Assembly (NCBI GenBank): GCA_030141605.1
Contig: JAQGDQ010000766.1
Coordinates: forward strand, 1 to 64,000
Direction: 5' to 3'
Origin: Tubiluchus corallicola
Lineage: Eukaryota; Animalia; Priapulida
DNA: 64,000 nucleotides
The translations under genes and the position numbers were made by a program. Positions 12,701-26,958 of this stretch are shown piece by piece (the first letter of the stretch is position 1; every line of letters begins with the position of its first letter). Below the pieces are notes generated by a model. The model ran no database searches. It saw nothing but the letters and a program-made list of their open reading frames with translations, and was not told the origin of the DNA.

Positions 12701-13469
12701 ACACCGTCAAAAAATGACGAATTTGACCTGAAATTGTTTACCTAAGCAAAAAATTTATAACAAAATAGAATTAGTAACTCATACAAAGAACAGAAAATTT
12801 TTTTAAAGCTATCAGCATGATGTTGTTGCTTCTCAAGTATTTTTCAAAAAACACTTAAGGTAGTGGTGGTGCTGGTGCTGGTGCTGGTGCTGTAGAGCAA
12901 TGATGTAGAATAAGCTTCACAAAAGCCAAATTGAAATTTCGTTTGTATATTACATCAACTGAGAAAATTGTTAATGTGATTAATGTAATAATATTTTCAA
13001 AAATTTCGGAACCTGGTGACAGGAGAGTGATTGGACGATGATTTAATAGGTTGTTTTACTTTTTACGAAATGTTTTCAATTTTACGAATTATTTGCTAAA
13101 ACTAAAATGTGCTAAGACTTAAATGAGAGGCCAGTTTGTAGAATTCGACAGCAACATTGTCAGAAACTTGCAATAAATTTATTTTTATTCATGTTATTAA
13201 AGGAAAACCGGATGATTAGAAACTGTCGCAGGTTTCTGACGTAAGCGATAGCTGTGTTCTGTTGCCGCTAATTAATTTTTAAGCTAATTACTCAAACATT
13301 AAGAACAATTGTTAACTTTTATAGGCAAGAAAATGTATATTTTGGACAGTAAATTAAAATGAGATTGAGATTAAACAATCGTCCGGTCTTCTTTCTAGAA
13401 ACAACAATGTTTTGAATTTGGAGACGGGATAAAAGAAGCCAGATTTATTGTTTATAGAGAAAAAGGATT

Positions 13470-13930
13470 TAAGAATGATTGGAAAACCTTGCAATAGATG
13501 GGACTTTTGTCCATATTCTTGCCTACAGACAGGAGGAATTTACTAAATGCACTTGCAATAGAGAGGGAGTCACTTTTAGTACAATCATTGCTATCTGCAA
13601 AGGAAGGAACAACTTGTGTTTTGCTTTTTAACATTGTTCTTGTTTTCAGCAAAATAAATGGCCATGATATTCTCTTCTGAACATTTGTTTAATAAGACTT
13701 ACTTTGTCCGACTAAAGTCTTGTAAAAAGTCTCTTCAGAAGTGAATTAGAAAGCTTGTGGGATTTAAAGAGCTTGTTATATTTCCGACTGATTGTAAAAT
13801 GCAGGAATTATCCAGGATTTTCCAAAGGATTTTCTTTCTCTTTTACTAAGTGTGCGAATCGGCGCATGTTTATTAAGGGCAGTTTCAAATGATTCCAAGA
13901 AATGGTAAAAAGCATCATTTACATTAAGTT
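13470..13930 (-). mobile_element. Degraded LINE (CR1/L2-like) ORF2 fragment
   Basis: Minus strand gives FETALNKHAPIRTLSK...PW and SIASAFSKFLLSVG, typical of the EN-RT connector region. Confidence 0.6.
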
Positions 13931-13938
13931 TACTATTG

Positions 13939-14411
<473 letters not shown>

Positions 14412-17127
14412 AACGCAACTAGAAAGATACTAGTTTCCATGAGCTCAAAAAGACGACAAATGAAAGTAAAAACCTCCGACCAGGCCGGTGAACAAATTGA
14501 ACAAATAATCACCATTGAACAATGGACAGGATGGAAACGAATGTCGCGAGCAGAACATGAGCAACTTACTGGAGTAGCATTGTGTTGAAAGCTTGCTTAA
14601 GTAGACAGAATATATTCGTTACTAGCAGCCAGCCATGTTGTGTGTCGCCAGTTACCGTCAATTTCCACCAGTTGTTGAGTTTCCAGTTGTTCTCAGTAAT
14701 GAGATCGGCAACTGCTTTCTCTTGTATGCACACACAAATTTGGATACCATTATTGCTGTAAAAGTCTTATGTTTGTAGAATGCAGAAGAGGGTCTGTGAC
14801 AGTAAGGGGTAGTTATGAGAAAGAAACCATTATTTTGTCTAAATGTTGTGTTTTGTTTCTCTCGGAAGGCACGTAGAGAAAACCGGAAAACACGTCGTCA
14901 AATTAAACTAATTTTTTTAAGCGAGAATTCTACAACACAAAAGTATGAAGGAACGCGAAGTGATTACAGTAAACGTGAAAATCTGGAAAACGTTTAAGTG
15001 TATCTGAAAAAACAAGAGAATGGGTAAGTGGCGTCCATGTGAATCAGCATGTGTGACATGTTCTTATCTGTGGCTAACATTTTAATGTTTGTGCTTACTA
15101 AGATTTCCCTTATTAGTTAAGCGGGCTCATCACGAGGTAGAAGTTACGTAATGTGGGATTTGCTTTGTTCACATGGTTATCTAAACTGATGCTCATTTAA
15201 TAAACGTTTGTTTTAGTATTCACTAATTTTTCAGCAGTTGTGGCTGTATCTTGCAGACGTTACAGCATGTGCCTTTGTCAGCGGCCTGCTTCGCCTTATA
15301 TAGCATGCCTGAGAAGCTTCTAGAAGTTCCCTTCCAGAACATTCTACACGGTAAGACAATTATTCTAACGGAACATTCTAAAATGTTGTATTTAATTATA
15401 TTAGATATCAGCGATCTCCACAATACTAAACTCTTAAAGAAGCTTATAAATGATCTCCCGCCATCAAGCCCCAAAAATAGAGAAGTTGAAACACAGCCCA
15501 GAATTATATTCAACTTCACACTTATTAATGGTCAGTCAAACACAAAGACGCATTTCGCTAGCTTCAAATATGAAACAGAAATTGGTGGATGTCATCAAAC
15601 TTGTCAGTGAAAATTTTCTTGATGTTGTCTATTCACTTTTTCAATTTAATATTTACTCACATAATCAACAATATTTTTTACGATACGTTTTAAATACAAT
15701 ACAATTCAAATACAATAATTAAGTTAATACAATACAAAGTTAATAATACAGATTTTTTTTAGATTAAAAATTGGCCAAGAAATGGTTAAAAAAGTGAACT
15801 TCTTGGTGAACACTTAATTGCAAGTTCGAACCGCTTTGTATTCTTGCCATCAGCAGTTCACAAAAGTTCAATTGCATTAAAATAGGTAATCTGAACTTGA
15901 TTACAGGTGCAATGATTCTAGCCAGTATCTCTGCATCGAGACATGTTTAAATTAAATGAAGCAGCGCCCCAAAAACAGGACTCTCTGAACTTACTAGGAG
16001 TCCTCGTCGATCCGAAAGATTCAACCTAGGTCGATGCACCCAAACCCTGAGATGTTATGACGATTTTACCTACAGTGGGCTCCCAATTGTGGGTATTAAG
16101 ATTGCTACTAGCTGAGATATTGCCCAACACGCTACAAACGGTTAAATCTGCCATTAATACCACTAATTGATGGAGTACGGTATGTATGTTGTGTCTGTCG
16201 ATGGAAATAATCCCTCGCATTCTCTCGGTTTTGTGATATATAGAGCTACTGATGCAGCTAACACTTGTTCGTTCATTTATATATTTAAATATTCACTCTC
16301 AATTACTATATTATGCGTTATTTAGTACTTGACTTTCCCAGTAATAATAACATTTGACATGCTGCTTTTGTGACATGGCTCATTGCTTGGATCTGTACCA
16401 ATTCTATGTATTTATATATAATAGCCAGTCTTTTGTGTAGCAATAATATATCACATTTGCTTTAGTCTCTATAATGTTCGTCTAACATTTAACAAATTCT
16501 ATATACAAACACCTAAAAATGTTATGAGCCTGTGTGTAAAGTTGCATTTTAATAAGGGGCAGCTGCCCAAGTGACCAATAGGTCTTTCGCTGCTCCTTCT
16601 CTGCTGCACTGAAATGTAATGAAATGACGAATTTTAACTGCTATTGAGAAAACAAAATTGAATTGAATTGAAAATTGTTGTTTATCGTCGGCCCAAAAGC
16701 TCTTTGGAGCTTATGTTAATTGTTCATCCAAAAAGCCGACTTTAAATAAACGTTCTTATTGTTATTATTAATTATTGTATTTATAAAATGTTCCCTGGAT
16801 ACTTGTGGCTTACTTGACTTGGCTTCCAGAACAGTGGGCTTCCGAACACCGAAGATGATAATATCTATGAATGTGTGACATCGTTGAGTTGAATTTCGTG
16901 CCAAGATTTCACTAATTTTGATTTTTCGTTTTCACCCAAAATGCTAATCACCCCCACGTGATTAACTTTCCATACATTATAGCTTTTTAGTAAGGTCATT
17001 ATGTTGTTTACTAAGTGTTTGTGTTTTCAATTTCTTTATTAATTCTTTGTGTTTTTGCATTTATTAGTAAAACAGGCCTGCACACGTTACGTTGTACTAC
17101 TAATGAACAGTTAAGAACTTGAATAGT

Positions 17128-18186
17128 CGAGTAATCATTCGCTTAACGACGCCTATGCGTTCTAACAAAATGCGACGTTAAGTGAAACGTCGTTAAACGA
17201 AGCCAAGACTTCCGTGGAGAGTAATGAAAAGAATTGAGATACGTTCCAGAGACAAAAATCAATACTGCTTTGTGTTTAAGTCATATACCGTATATACTAT
17301 ATATATATATAGTATATATATGTGATTATACATATGTAATCACATATGTATATGTGATTATACATTATGTGATATACATATGTGATTATATATATATATA
17401 TATGTGTGTACAAAACGAATTTTTGGGGTCGACATATGCTTAGGATACGTTTTTGAGAGTTGTCGCTAAAGAGTCGTCTACAAAATGAATGTGTAAAGAA
17501 ATAATTATTCATTATACGCTGGACTGAATAAACACTTAAACTGTGATACTTCACATCAGAGAATGTACAAGTTAAAATTGATATATTACCGGCAAATAAA
17601 CAAGCGACGGAGCACTCGATCAGAACGTGGAAATCGCCAATGTTGTGCAGGTGCTGCAGATCATTAACTCTGGAAGATCTTAATATTTTATGGTACACAG
17701 GTAATATATAAAATGATGCAGTTTTGGTCTTAAAATGCACATCGACTTCTACACATGTATATACGGCAAGTTAAACATTCTGTGAGCTTATTCATATTTC
17801 TAGTGATTGATGTCTTCCTGTTTGTCTGAAACCACCTAGATATTTTACTTAACAGTACCTACTTCTATTTCGTTAACGTAGGACTAGTCACAGCTGGAAC
17901 AATAAGCAGAGTCAACCCTGGGGGCGACCTTGGGAATGTTACCTTAGTGCACACAAGCCCCTAGCGTCTGTCGGCAAACAAAAACATGAATAATAACTGC
18001 ACTGCTTACATAACTAGTGCGTTTGTAGAGCAGAATAACTCAATAGGTGCTGTTAGAATGCATCAAATTAGGTAAACATTCTGTTAATCAAATTAAAATT
18101 TGCCTTAAGCAAAGTAAAAAAATCTACGCACGTCGTTAAGTGAAAAAAGTATCAATTGATCGGCGTCGTAAGCGAGAATTAACGTA
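17128..18186. mobile_element. Degenerate pogo/Tigger-like MITE containing a (TA/TG)n tract at ~17290-17410
   Basis: TCGCTTAACGACGCC (~17139) inverted with GGCGTCGTAAGCGAG (~18162); internal CGTCGTTAAGTG repeats. Confidence 0.55.
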
Positions 18187-19276
18187 TGTCCTTATATTTG
18201 CAATAGAATGTTATTATCGTCATTCAAATTCTATTTAAAAAACACTTGCATTTCAACAAACGCCCCGTACATTACTCCTATGGTGACCGTAGACTAGCTG
18301 CTCTTCAAACACGAATGCTTGTTGCCTTGTCTCGACTAAGCTTTGATCAGAGTGAGAGAGGGTGGGAAAACTATGATGGACTCCTGTTTTACCTACTTGT
18401 AGATGCGGTGCCCTAATTAATAATAAATCATTAATCAAGTAGCTGCCCTTTATACCACCAGACTCGGGATATGTTACTATATTACAAAGCAAACTCTGTA
18501 CTTCGTTCATTGCTCATAATATTAGAATTTACAATCTATCAACAAATGAACTCGTTTATCTGCTTTTTCATGACAATCAACACTTAAATAAGACTGTTAA
18601 ATTTCAATTTTTAAGCTTGTACAGAAATTTACATTTCTAGCCAAGCACTTCCAACCATTGTAATTAGTTTATACTGTTAGTAGTCAATTTGTAATGCTGC
18701 TACTGTTTTCCTATTGTCTTGCACTCTATTAACTGTTACGTTTCATTGGTGAGAACATTCATCAGTTGTAACAAAATGTCTGCTCAAGCCGCATTGTAAT
18801 ACTTGTATAAGAAATTATAGACATTCTGGAAAGTAGGCCGTGATTAGCTGGCTAATGATGATGCTTTGCTTGCACTTTAATTAGCTAGGGTTAATATTTT
18901 AACTGCAAAGTAGACAAACCCTGCGAAAGAATTTTTCACATAAACCCATAACAACAACAACAACAACAACCAGCAACAAGAAGATGAAGAACAACAAGAA
19001 CAGCAACGACAACAACAACAACAAAACATTACGTGACTATAACAAAAGTGAAGTTTTACTAATAATTTTCATTTTCCCATTAATGAAATCAATAATCAAG
19101 GATGTGGTTTTCTTTTGATCAGAAACATGAATGATAAACTTACCTAAATTATGTTAAACTCTCTCCTAAGAATGTCAATTATTAATTTTTGATATTATAA
19201 CAACCAACTTTGTACAAAATTTACATTAGAGACAAGCAGGGCTTGACTAACATTAATCTCTTTATTTAAAAATAAC

Positions 19277-19745
19277 CAGGGGCGGAACTAGGGGGGTGCC
19301 ACCCTTGCCAAAATTTGCGCGCACCCCCTGCAAAATCGGACAAATAATTTTTTTGCAGTTAAAATTGCAGTTCGCATGTAATCATTTTCAATATGAATTA
19401 GAATTAGGTAGAAAAATGTTTAGTAGCTTCAGTGTATTATTTTCTTGAAACGTGTGTGTGATAAATTTCTGTAAATAACAATTTAGTTAGAGGCACATTA
19501 ATAACGTTAGGTTAACTGAGAGTTAATTTTCTCATTATTGCTCTGTCCGCTACGCCGTCCTACACACACGCTAATTATAGACCTGCATGCAGTATAAAAG
19601 CGGTTAAAATTGGCATAACCATTATTTAACCACTTCGGATACCTCGCCCCCCAGAAAATTTTTGCCCTGAAAATAACACAATTGAAATTAATATACCAGT
19701 TACTTGAATTGTTATTTAATTTCTCATTTACTTCTCAGCAAAATT
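19277..19745. mobile_element. Probable MITE insertion in the ZNF-B 3' flank
   Basis: Starts CAGGGGCGGAACTAGGGGGG; interrupts sequence homologous to the ZNF-C flank at ~37084-37250; right end not resolved. Confidence 0.4.
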
Positions 19746-20242
19746 TATACAGCAAGTTTTTTACAATAATATTGCATTAGAATCAACGTTTCTGAAAAAC
19801 AAATGAGCAGCAATGAGCAAGATGTCTGCTGCTTTTTACACAAATTGTAAAGCAAGATGGGCAGTTGTGTGCTTAGCTGTCTGACAATGATTGAAAATTG
19901 AGGAAAAATTGAAAAAAAATACTTTTGTTCAAACAAAATATGGATAGAGTATGTAATGATACATAATGATGATAATAGTGATGATAAAACTGCTCAAGTG
20001 AAAGTAGTACACAACCTTTCACAGAATCTTATGTGAGACAGACCGTATTTTAATTTTTTTGTAAGAGTTACCATCTCTGTTTTGTTTAAATGATTTGCTT
20101 ATATAAACAATTTCAGTGAATAATCAATTTCCTCACTTGTGCCAAAAATACGGCACCATTTTTGCTGCACTTGAGAGGTTTTTTTAGTGCGAGTTCCTAG
20201 GATGAATACTTAAAATGCTACACTTAGATTTTTCTGCAATGT

Positions 20243-21975
20243 GAGTCCTTCAATGTACTTTCAGATCCCTGCCTCAGTCGATGCACCATCATAGCGACCC
20301 CGCTTGAGTCCTTCAATGTACTTTCAGATCCCTGCCTCAGTCGATGCACCATCATAGCGACCCCGCTTGAGTCCTTCAATGTACTTTCAGATCCCTGCCT
20401 CAGTCAATGCACCATCATAGTGACCCCGCTTGAGTCTTTCAATGTACTTTCAGATACCTGCCTCAGTCAATGCACCATCATAGCGACCCCGCTTGAATAG
20501 TTCTTCAATGTACTTTCAGATCCCTGCCTCAGTCAATGCACCATCATAGTGACCCCGCTTGAGTCCTTCAATGTACTTTCAGATCCCTGCCTCAGTCAAT
20601 GCACCATCATAGTGACCCCGCTTGAGTCCTTCAATGTACTTTCAGACCCCTGCCTCAGTCAATGCACCATCATAGCGACCCCGCTTGAGTCCTTCAATGT
20701 ACTTTCAGATCCCTGCCTCAGTCAATGCACCATCATAGCGACCCCGCTTGAGTCCTTCAATGTACTTTCAGATCCCTGCCTCAGTCAATGCACCATCATA
20801 GCGACCCCGCTTGAGTCCTTCAATGTACTTTCAGATCCCTGCCTCAGTCAATGCACCATCATAGCGACCCTGCTTGAGTCCTTCAAGTACTTCAATCCCT
20901 GCCTCATCAATGCACATCATAACCCCGCTTAGCAATGTACAGATCCCGCCTCATCAATGCACCATCATAGACCCGCTTGACAGCACCATCAAGACCCCCA
21001 TCAATGCACCATCATAGCGACCCCGCTTGAGTCTTTCAATGTACTCTCAGATCCCTGCCTCACTCAATGCACCATCATAGCGACCCCGCTTGAGTCCTTC
21101 ACTGTACTTTCAGACCCCTGCCTCAGTCAATGCACCATCATAGCGACCCCGCTTGAGTCCTTCAATGTACTTTCAGATCCCTGCCTCACTCAATGCACCA
21201 TCATAGCGACCCCGCTTGAGTCTTTCAATGTACTTTCAGATCCCTGCCTCACTCAATGCACCATCATAGCGACCCTGCTTGAGTCCTTCAATGTACTTTC
21301 AGATCCCTGCCTCACTCAATGCACCATCATAGCGACCCCGCTTGAGTCTTTCAATGTACTCTCAGATCCCTGCCTCACTCAATGCACCATCATAGCGACC
21401 CCGCTTGAGTCCTTCACTGTACTTTCAGACCCCTGCCTCAGTCAATGCACCATCATAGCGACCCCGCTTGAGTCCTTCAATGTACTTTCAGATCCCTGCC
21501 TCACTCAATGCACCATCATAGCGACCCCGCTTGAGTCTTTCAATGTACTTTCAGATCCCTGCCTCAGTCAATGCACCATCATAGTGACCCCGCTTGAGTC
21601 TTTCAATGCACCATCATAGTGACCCCGCTTGAGTCCTTCACTGCACTTTCAGATCCCTGCCTCAGTCGATGCACCATCATAGTGACCCCACTTGAGTCTT
21701 TCAATGTACTTTCAGATCCCTGCCTCAGTCAATGCATCATCATAGCGACCCTGCTTGAGTCCTTCAGTGTACTTTCAGATCCCTGCCTCAGTCAATGCAC
21801 CATCATAGTGACCCTGCTTGAGTCTTTCAATGTACTTTCAGATCCCTGCCTCAGTCAATGTACTTTCAGATCCCTGCCTCAGTCAATGCACCATCATAGT
21901 CACCCTGCTTGAGTTCTTCAATGTACTTTCAGATCCCTGCCTCAGTCAATGCACCATCATAGCGATCCCGCTTGA
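20243..21975 (-). repeat. 63-bp minisatellite (~27 units) derived from the last decayed finger of ZNF-B
   Basis: Minus-strand unit AAGCGGGGTCGCTATGATGGTGCATTGACTGAGGCAGGGATCTGAAAGTACATTGAAGGACTC; the first unit is the C-terminus of the ZNF-B ORF (KRDRYDGALTEAGI*). Confidence 0.95.
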
Positions 21976-24079
21976 ATAGTTCTTCTCCAGTGTGAATTCT
22001 TGAATATGGTTTAAGATGACTTAAATGAACAAATGCAGCACTAGACTGACTGAACTTGAATGTTTTCTCTCCAGTGTGAATTCTAAAATGTTGCTTCAGC
22101 GCACCTGCCCGAGCAAATGCCGCACTACACTGACTGCACTTAAATGGTTTTTCTCCAGTGTGAATTCTAAAGTGCTGTTTCAGCGTACTTGCCTGACCAA
22201 ACGTGGCACTACACTGATCACACTTGAACGGTTTTTCTCCGGTGTGAATCCTAAAATGTCGTTTTAGTCCATCTGATCGAGCAAATGCAGCACTACACTG
22301 ACTACACTTGAACGGTTTCTCTCCAGTGTGAATTCTTAAATGTGTTTTGAAGCAGCCTGAATCGGTAAATGCGGCGTCACACTGATCACACTTGAAAGGT
22401 TTTTCTCCAGTGTGAATTCTTGAGTGTCTTGTCAGACTGGCACTGTGAGCAAATGCAGCATCACACTGACTACACTTAAATATTTTCTGTCCAGTGTGAC
22501 TTCTTAAATGTTTTTTCAGCCCCCCTGCCCGAGTAAATGTGGCATTACACAGACTGCACTTGAACAGTTTCTCTCCAGTGTGAATTCTAAAATGTTTTTT
22601 CAGTCCACCTGGTTGAGTAAATGTGGCACTACACTGACTGCACTTGAAATGTTTTTCTCCAGTATGAATTCTAAAATGTTGTTTCAGGTGACCTGCCTGA
22701 CCAAATGCCGCACTACACTGATTACACTTAAACGGTTTTTCTCCGGTGTGAATTCTAAAATGCTGTTTCAGTCCAGCTGTCTGAACAAAAGCCGCACTAC
22801 ACTGACTGCACTTGAAGGGTTTTTCTCCAGTGTGAATTCTAAAATGCTGTTTCAGCCCACCTCTCCGAGCGAAAGCCGCACTACACTGACTGCACTTGTA
22901 TGGTTTCTCTCCAGTGTGAATTCTTAAATGTACTTTCAGTCCAACTGCATGAGCAAATGCAGCACAACAGTGACTGCACTTGTATGGTTTTTCTCCAGTA
23001 TGAATTCTAAAGTGTATTTTGAAACAGCCCGAGTCAGCAAATTCAGCATCACATTGACTACACTTGAATGGTTTTTCTCCAGTGTGAACTCTTGAATGTA
23101 CTTTCAGTGTACCTGAATGAGCAAATGCAGCATCACACTGATTGCACCTGAAAGGTTTCTCTCCTGTGTGAATTCTTAAATGTACTTTCAGACTACCAGC
23201 CTCAGCAAACGCAGCACCACACTGAATGCACTTGAATGGCTTTTCTCCAGTGTGAATTCTTGAATGTCTTTTCAGATCACCTGCCTCTGTAAATGCAGCA
23301 CTACATTGACTGCACTTGAATGGTCTCACTCCAGTGTGAGTTCTTGAATGTCTTTTCAGGTGACCTGCCTCTGCAAATGCAGCAAAACACTCACTGCACT
23401 TGAATGGTTTCTCTCCAGTGTGAATTCTTGAATGTCTTTTCAAACTACCTGCCCCTGCAAATGCAGCACTACACTGACTGCACTTGAACTGTTTTTGTCC
23501 AACTGACTCAGTAAATGTGATTGTGCGTGATTCTTGTAGTTCTTGGTTGCAAGGAGCTACAATTTGATTGTGTTTTAAAGCAGAATCGGTTTGATTAGCC
23601 TTAAATGACATCAGTTCTTTACATCCTTCCTTAACATTTGCGAGAAATTCGTCATTCGATAAATCAAGTTCATTTTCATCATCAGCTGAAGTATTAGATT
23701 CAATTTTTATAAAATCATAATCAGTTTTAACTTTTTTGTCATTTGCCTCTAAATTCAAAATATTTACTGCAGCACTGCATTCACTATTCATAAGCAAAGG
23801 GTTAAGTCCTTCACTCACGTGTGAAGTTACATCAATGTCTGGCTTTTCTGTATCATCTATGAAGGCATCCGGTTCAGTTTTTACAGGTATTTCATATTCT
23901 TGAATATTATACTCATCTACTTTGAGCTTGCTGTTATTTATTTTAACTGATTCATCATCATGTTCAGTTTTTACTGGTACATTGTCAGTTTGCATGTTCA
24001 CATCTACGGATTCATCTAGAACATCATTCTCAATTTTCACAAGTCCAGGAACTGCTTGCACATGTATGGAATGATCCAT
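21929..24079 (-). CDS. ZNF-B: tandem C2H2 zinc-finger protein, 716 aa from the ATG, 17 intact and 2 degenerate fingers
   Basis: Long ORF of TGEKP-linked fingers; TTTCAG acceptor with exon start 24113; first ATG 24079 (the ORF-track start at 24097 is TTG). Confidence 0.93.
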   Translation of the reverse strand: MDHSIHVQAVPGLVKIENDVLDESVDVNMQTDNVPVKTEHDDESVKINNSKLKVDEYNIQEYEIPVKTEPDAFIDDTEKPDIDVTSHVSEGLNPLLMNSECSAAVNILNLEANDKKVKTDYDFIKIESNTSADDENELDLSNDEFLANVKEGCKELMSFKANQTDSALKHNQIVAPCNQELQESRTITFTESVGQKQFKCSQCSAAFAGAGSLKRHSRIHTGEKPFKCSECFAAFAEAGHLKRHSRTHTGVRPFKCSQCSAAFTEAGDLKRHSRIHTGEKPFKCIQCGAAFAEAGSLKVHLRIHTGEKPFRCNQCDAAFAHSGTLKVHSRVHTGEKPFKCSQCDAEFADSGCFKIHFRIHTGEKPYKCSHCCAAFAHAVGLKVHLRIHTGEKPYKCSQCSAAFARRGGLKQHFRIHTGEKPFKCSQCSAAFVQTAGLKQHFRIHTGEKPFKCNQCSAAFGQAGHLKQHFRIHTGEKHFKCSQCSATFTQPGGLKKHFRIHTGEKLFKCSLCNATFTRAGGLKKHLRSHTGQKIFKCSQCDAAFAHSASLTRHSRIHTGEKPFKCDQCDAAFTDSGCFKTHLRIHTGEKPFKCSQCSAAFARSDGLKRHFRIHTGEKPFKCDQCSATFGQASTLKQHFRIHTGEKPFKCSQCSAAFARAGALKQHFRIHTGEKTFKFSQSSAAFVHLSHLKPYSRIHTGEELFKRDRYDGALTEAGI

Positions 24080-24160
24080 CTTTGCAACCAAATCCAAAAT
24101 TGAAGATGTATTTCTGAAAAAAGAAACAAGTTAGTGAGAATTCAAAAATTGCTTGCTGAC

Positions 24161-24560
24161 CAGGGCCTATTTCAGCCTCAGCTAGGCCCGGGGAAGTGGG
24201 GCGTGTGAGACCCACGTGAAGGGGGGTCACGCAAAGCTTCAGGGGGCGGGCGCTACCATGGTTAGCACCCAGAAAATTTTTGAACTGCTAGCGTGCCGGA
24301 AAAGCATTTTCAAAGAGAAAATATGGAGTTATACAGTTGTTAAAGGAAAGAACAATTGAAAGAAAAATTGCTTTATTCTCAAGACCAGTCCTTAATACTT
24401 GTCAATACTGGCAAACGGCGCGCGTGCGGCAAGAGAGAGAGAGAGAGGAGAGGCAGTATGTTCGCATCAACCAAAAAATGTTACACTGGCGCGAGGCCCC
24501 TCTGGAGGGTGAGGCCCCGGGAAAGTATCCCCACTTCCCCTCGCCACGAAATAGGCCCTG
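24161..24560. mobile_element. hAT-type MITE (400 bp)
   Basis: TIRs CAGGGCCTATTTC / GAAATAGGCCCTG; imperfect 8-bp TSD TTGCTGAC/CTGCTAAC. Confidence 0.8.
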
Positions 24561-26869
24561 CTGCTAACAAACGACAAAACGTTAGATGCGAAGCACCAAG
24601 TTATGTTACTAGACTTATTAAATGGATAGGTGACCTAAAACCTAGAGGTTTGGTACACTAGGAGGTATAGGTCACAGTTTTAAACACGTAATCAATGGCT
24701 CTCTTAGGTACAGACAGAACACTAGCTAGTTTGTTTGGAGCCAACAACAAATTGCAATTTTGTGACCATAGAGAACCTCTAAGTGGATTTAAAATATTAA
24801 TTACCTTGTTTCATGCATAATTTAAAAAACCCAACTATCAAGGATACATGATACCTAATTGTCTCAAAAACACCTAAGTACTGGCCGCTCCTATGCAAAA
24901 GTATATAAAAACTTTCTACAATTGACTCAAATAACTCCACACAATTGGTTCTATATTTTTATACATAGAGATATACACGTGGTTACACTGATGTACATGA
25001 TGTAAACAAAGTGACGGCCTGCCATCTAGCGGTCAGCTTGTGAAATAACGTACTGGGTCCGTAAAAATTTTCTCAACAAATTTACGCGATTTACTAAAAT
25101 GGCACTACTGGTCTTCCAAAAACTCGGAATTCCGAGTATCCGCGGAAAATTCTCATCCCTGGCCTATGATACAAACAAAAACTTTAGATATGCATTCCTT
25201 TTCACAAGCCACTCCATGTTGTTTAGAACAGCCTTCAACCGAATATTAGAAACTGCGATAATATAACATTTTAAATTAAAATTAATTTTAAATTACAGTA
25301 TGGGAAATTAACGGAATTTTAATTTTGTCTGCATTTTGCCAAGTAAATTTGATATTGATTTTTTAACTTAAATTTTCAAAGCATTTCTTTATAGTGCAGA
25401 TAGTTTAATGATTTATTTTAGGCTTTGTAAGATCCTTAGTTGTAAATTGTAACTGAGTATTTTTATAAAAAATACTACATAAATTTTACGTATAATAGTA
25501 TAATAATGACACTATAGTGTGAAAACTTAATGGAAATATTAAAGTGTGCTAACCCTCTATCAAGTAGCCATCAACTTGTATAATTAAAGCGGTAACACTG
25601 AGCCAACAGGAACGCTAATTTAAGTTTTTCTCAAGAACAATCACTTATACTTATATGATGTTTATACTTGTTAAACCTTCCAAAATCACGCCTGAATTTT
25701 ACTAGTGCTTCATGAAAGTATTTAAATTCTTCCAGATTCTCGTACATAGATGAAAATTTGCCACACCTACATTCGAAACAAACAGCAAAAAAGAGACATA
25801 CGAAAAATGCTCAATTGTTCAGAGGCTTGCAGATGAAACATTGACTTGGTGCTAAACAATTTTATTGTGAATTGAAACTGCAAATTAATTAGTGGAAAAT
25901 TATGGTCTGTTTTTTTATAGAAAGAAATGCATAATGCTAAAATCTATGAGCTACTGATTAAATGTTTTGCAGTCCAGAAAACACGGCGTTTAGTTTATGA
26001 CTTCGAGAGTTGGAAAAGTAAACATACAGAACTCGATGCACAAAAATTCTGATAGTAATACTAATAGCATCAAATACTAATACTATTGCATAGTGACGGT
26101 ACAATTGCAACTACTACAATTAACCACAACATCTTTACATTATACAAACATAAAAACTGACTTAAGAATCGAAAATATAAAATTCAGTTACATCAAACAC
26201 ATAAATTTAGCTTGATTCACGACGGTCTTTCGACGTAGGCAGCATTGCACCTTTTCTGGTTCACTGAAACGCAGATGCTTATTGGGCTTTATAACGTGTT
26301 CATTTTACTGTAGCAACGAATTTTTAACTATAAATGATTCGTAGTAATAATTAAGTAATGTTCGCTACCACTAAAAAATTTGCGATTGCTTTGCATAAAA
26401 ACGTTTCCAACATGGCGGTGACTTGATTTGACTCTATCGTATTTATTTGCCACGACCTCTTCACTCGTAACAGCAAAAACTTGCAGCCTCTTAAAAGTGC
26501 AAGCAAAAATCCCTAAAGGAATCCTTAAAGCCTTACAAAAAAATCTCCTGGCACACCCAAAACAACTTGGATAGCAAAAATAAATAAAGATGTTCAACAA
26601 ATTCAACCAAATCTATCTTTAGCAGTAGAAGAACTTATGATGTTAACTGCAGATACAAGTTGATGGAATGCTCTAATAAAATTTATGTTGATACTTCAAT
26701 AACTACAACAACAATAACTCAACAGAATGAGACTTTGAAGAAGAAATGTGAAAGCAAAAAAATTGATACATGGTTCAAGATCAATTAACTGAGTTGTATA
26801 GTCAAATACTAATTATTATAGAAATTAAATTAACAGTTATTCGATTATTGTTGTTGTTGCATATCAAAC

Positions 26870-26919
26870 ATAATATAATATAATATAATATAATAATAGT
26901 AATGATGATGATGATGATG

Positions 26920-26957
<38 letters not shown>
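26870..26957. repeat. (ATAAT)/(GAT)/(AAT)n microsatellite; a (TTA)n tract also at ~27408-27445
   Basis: Direct. Confidence 0.9.

Positions 26958-26958
<1 letters not shown>

Noticed and set aside
15200-15610. ORFs that might be a LINE RT C-terminal remnant
   Set aside because: Too degenerate to call without a profile search.
20880-21000. Deletion-riddled units inside the 63-bp array
   Set aside because: Deletion-dominated noise in an otherwise homogeneous array looks like a long-read consensus error; raw reads are needed.
20549-21912. Plus-strand 21-aa repeat ORFs (PLESFNVLSDPCLSQCTIIAT)
   Set aside because: Antisense reading of the 63-bp finger-derived array; no ATG start or gene context.
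25020-25161. Single hAT-like terminus (CAGGGATGAGAATTTTCCGCGG on the minus strand)
   Set aside because: No partner TIR or TSD located.
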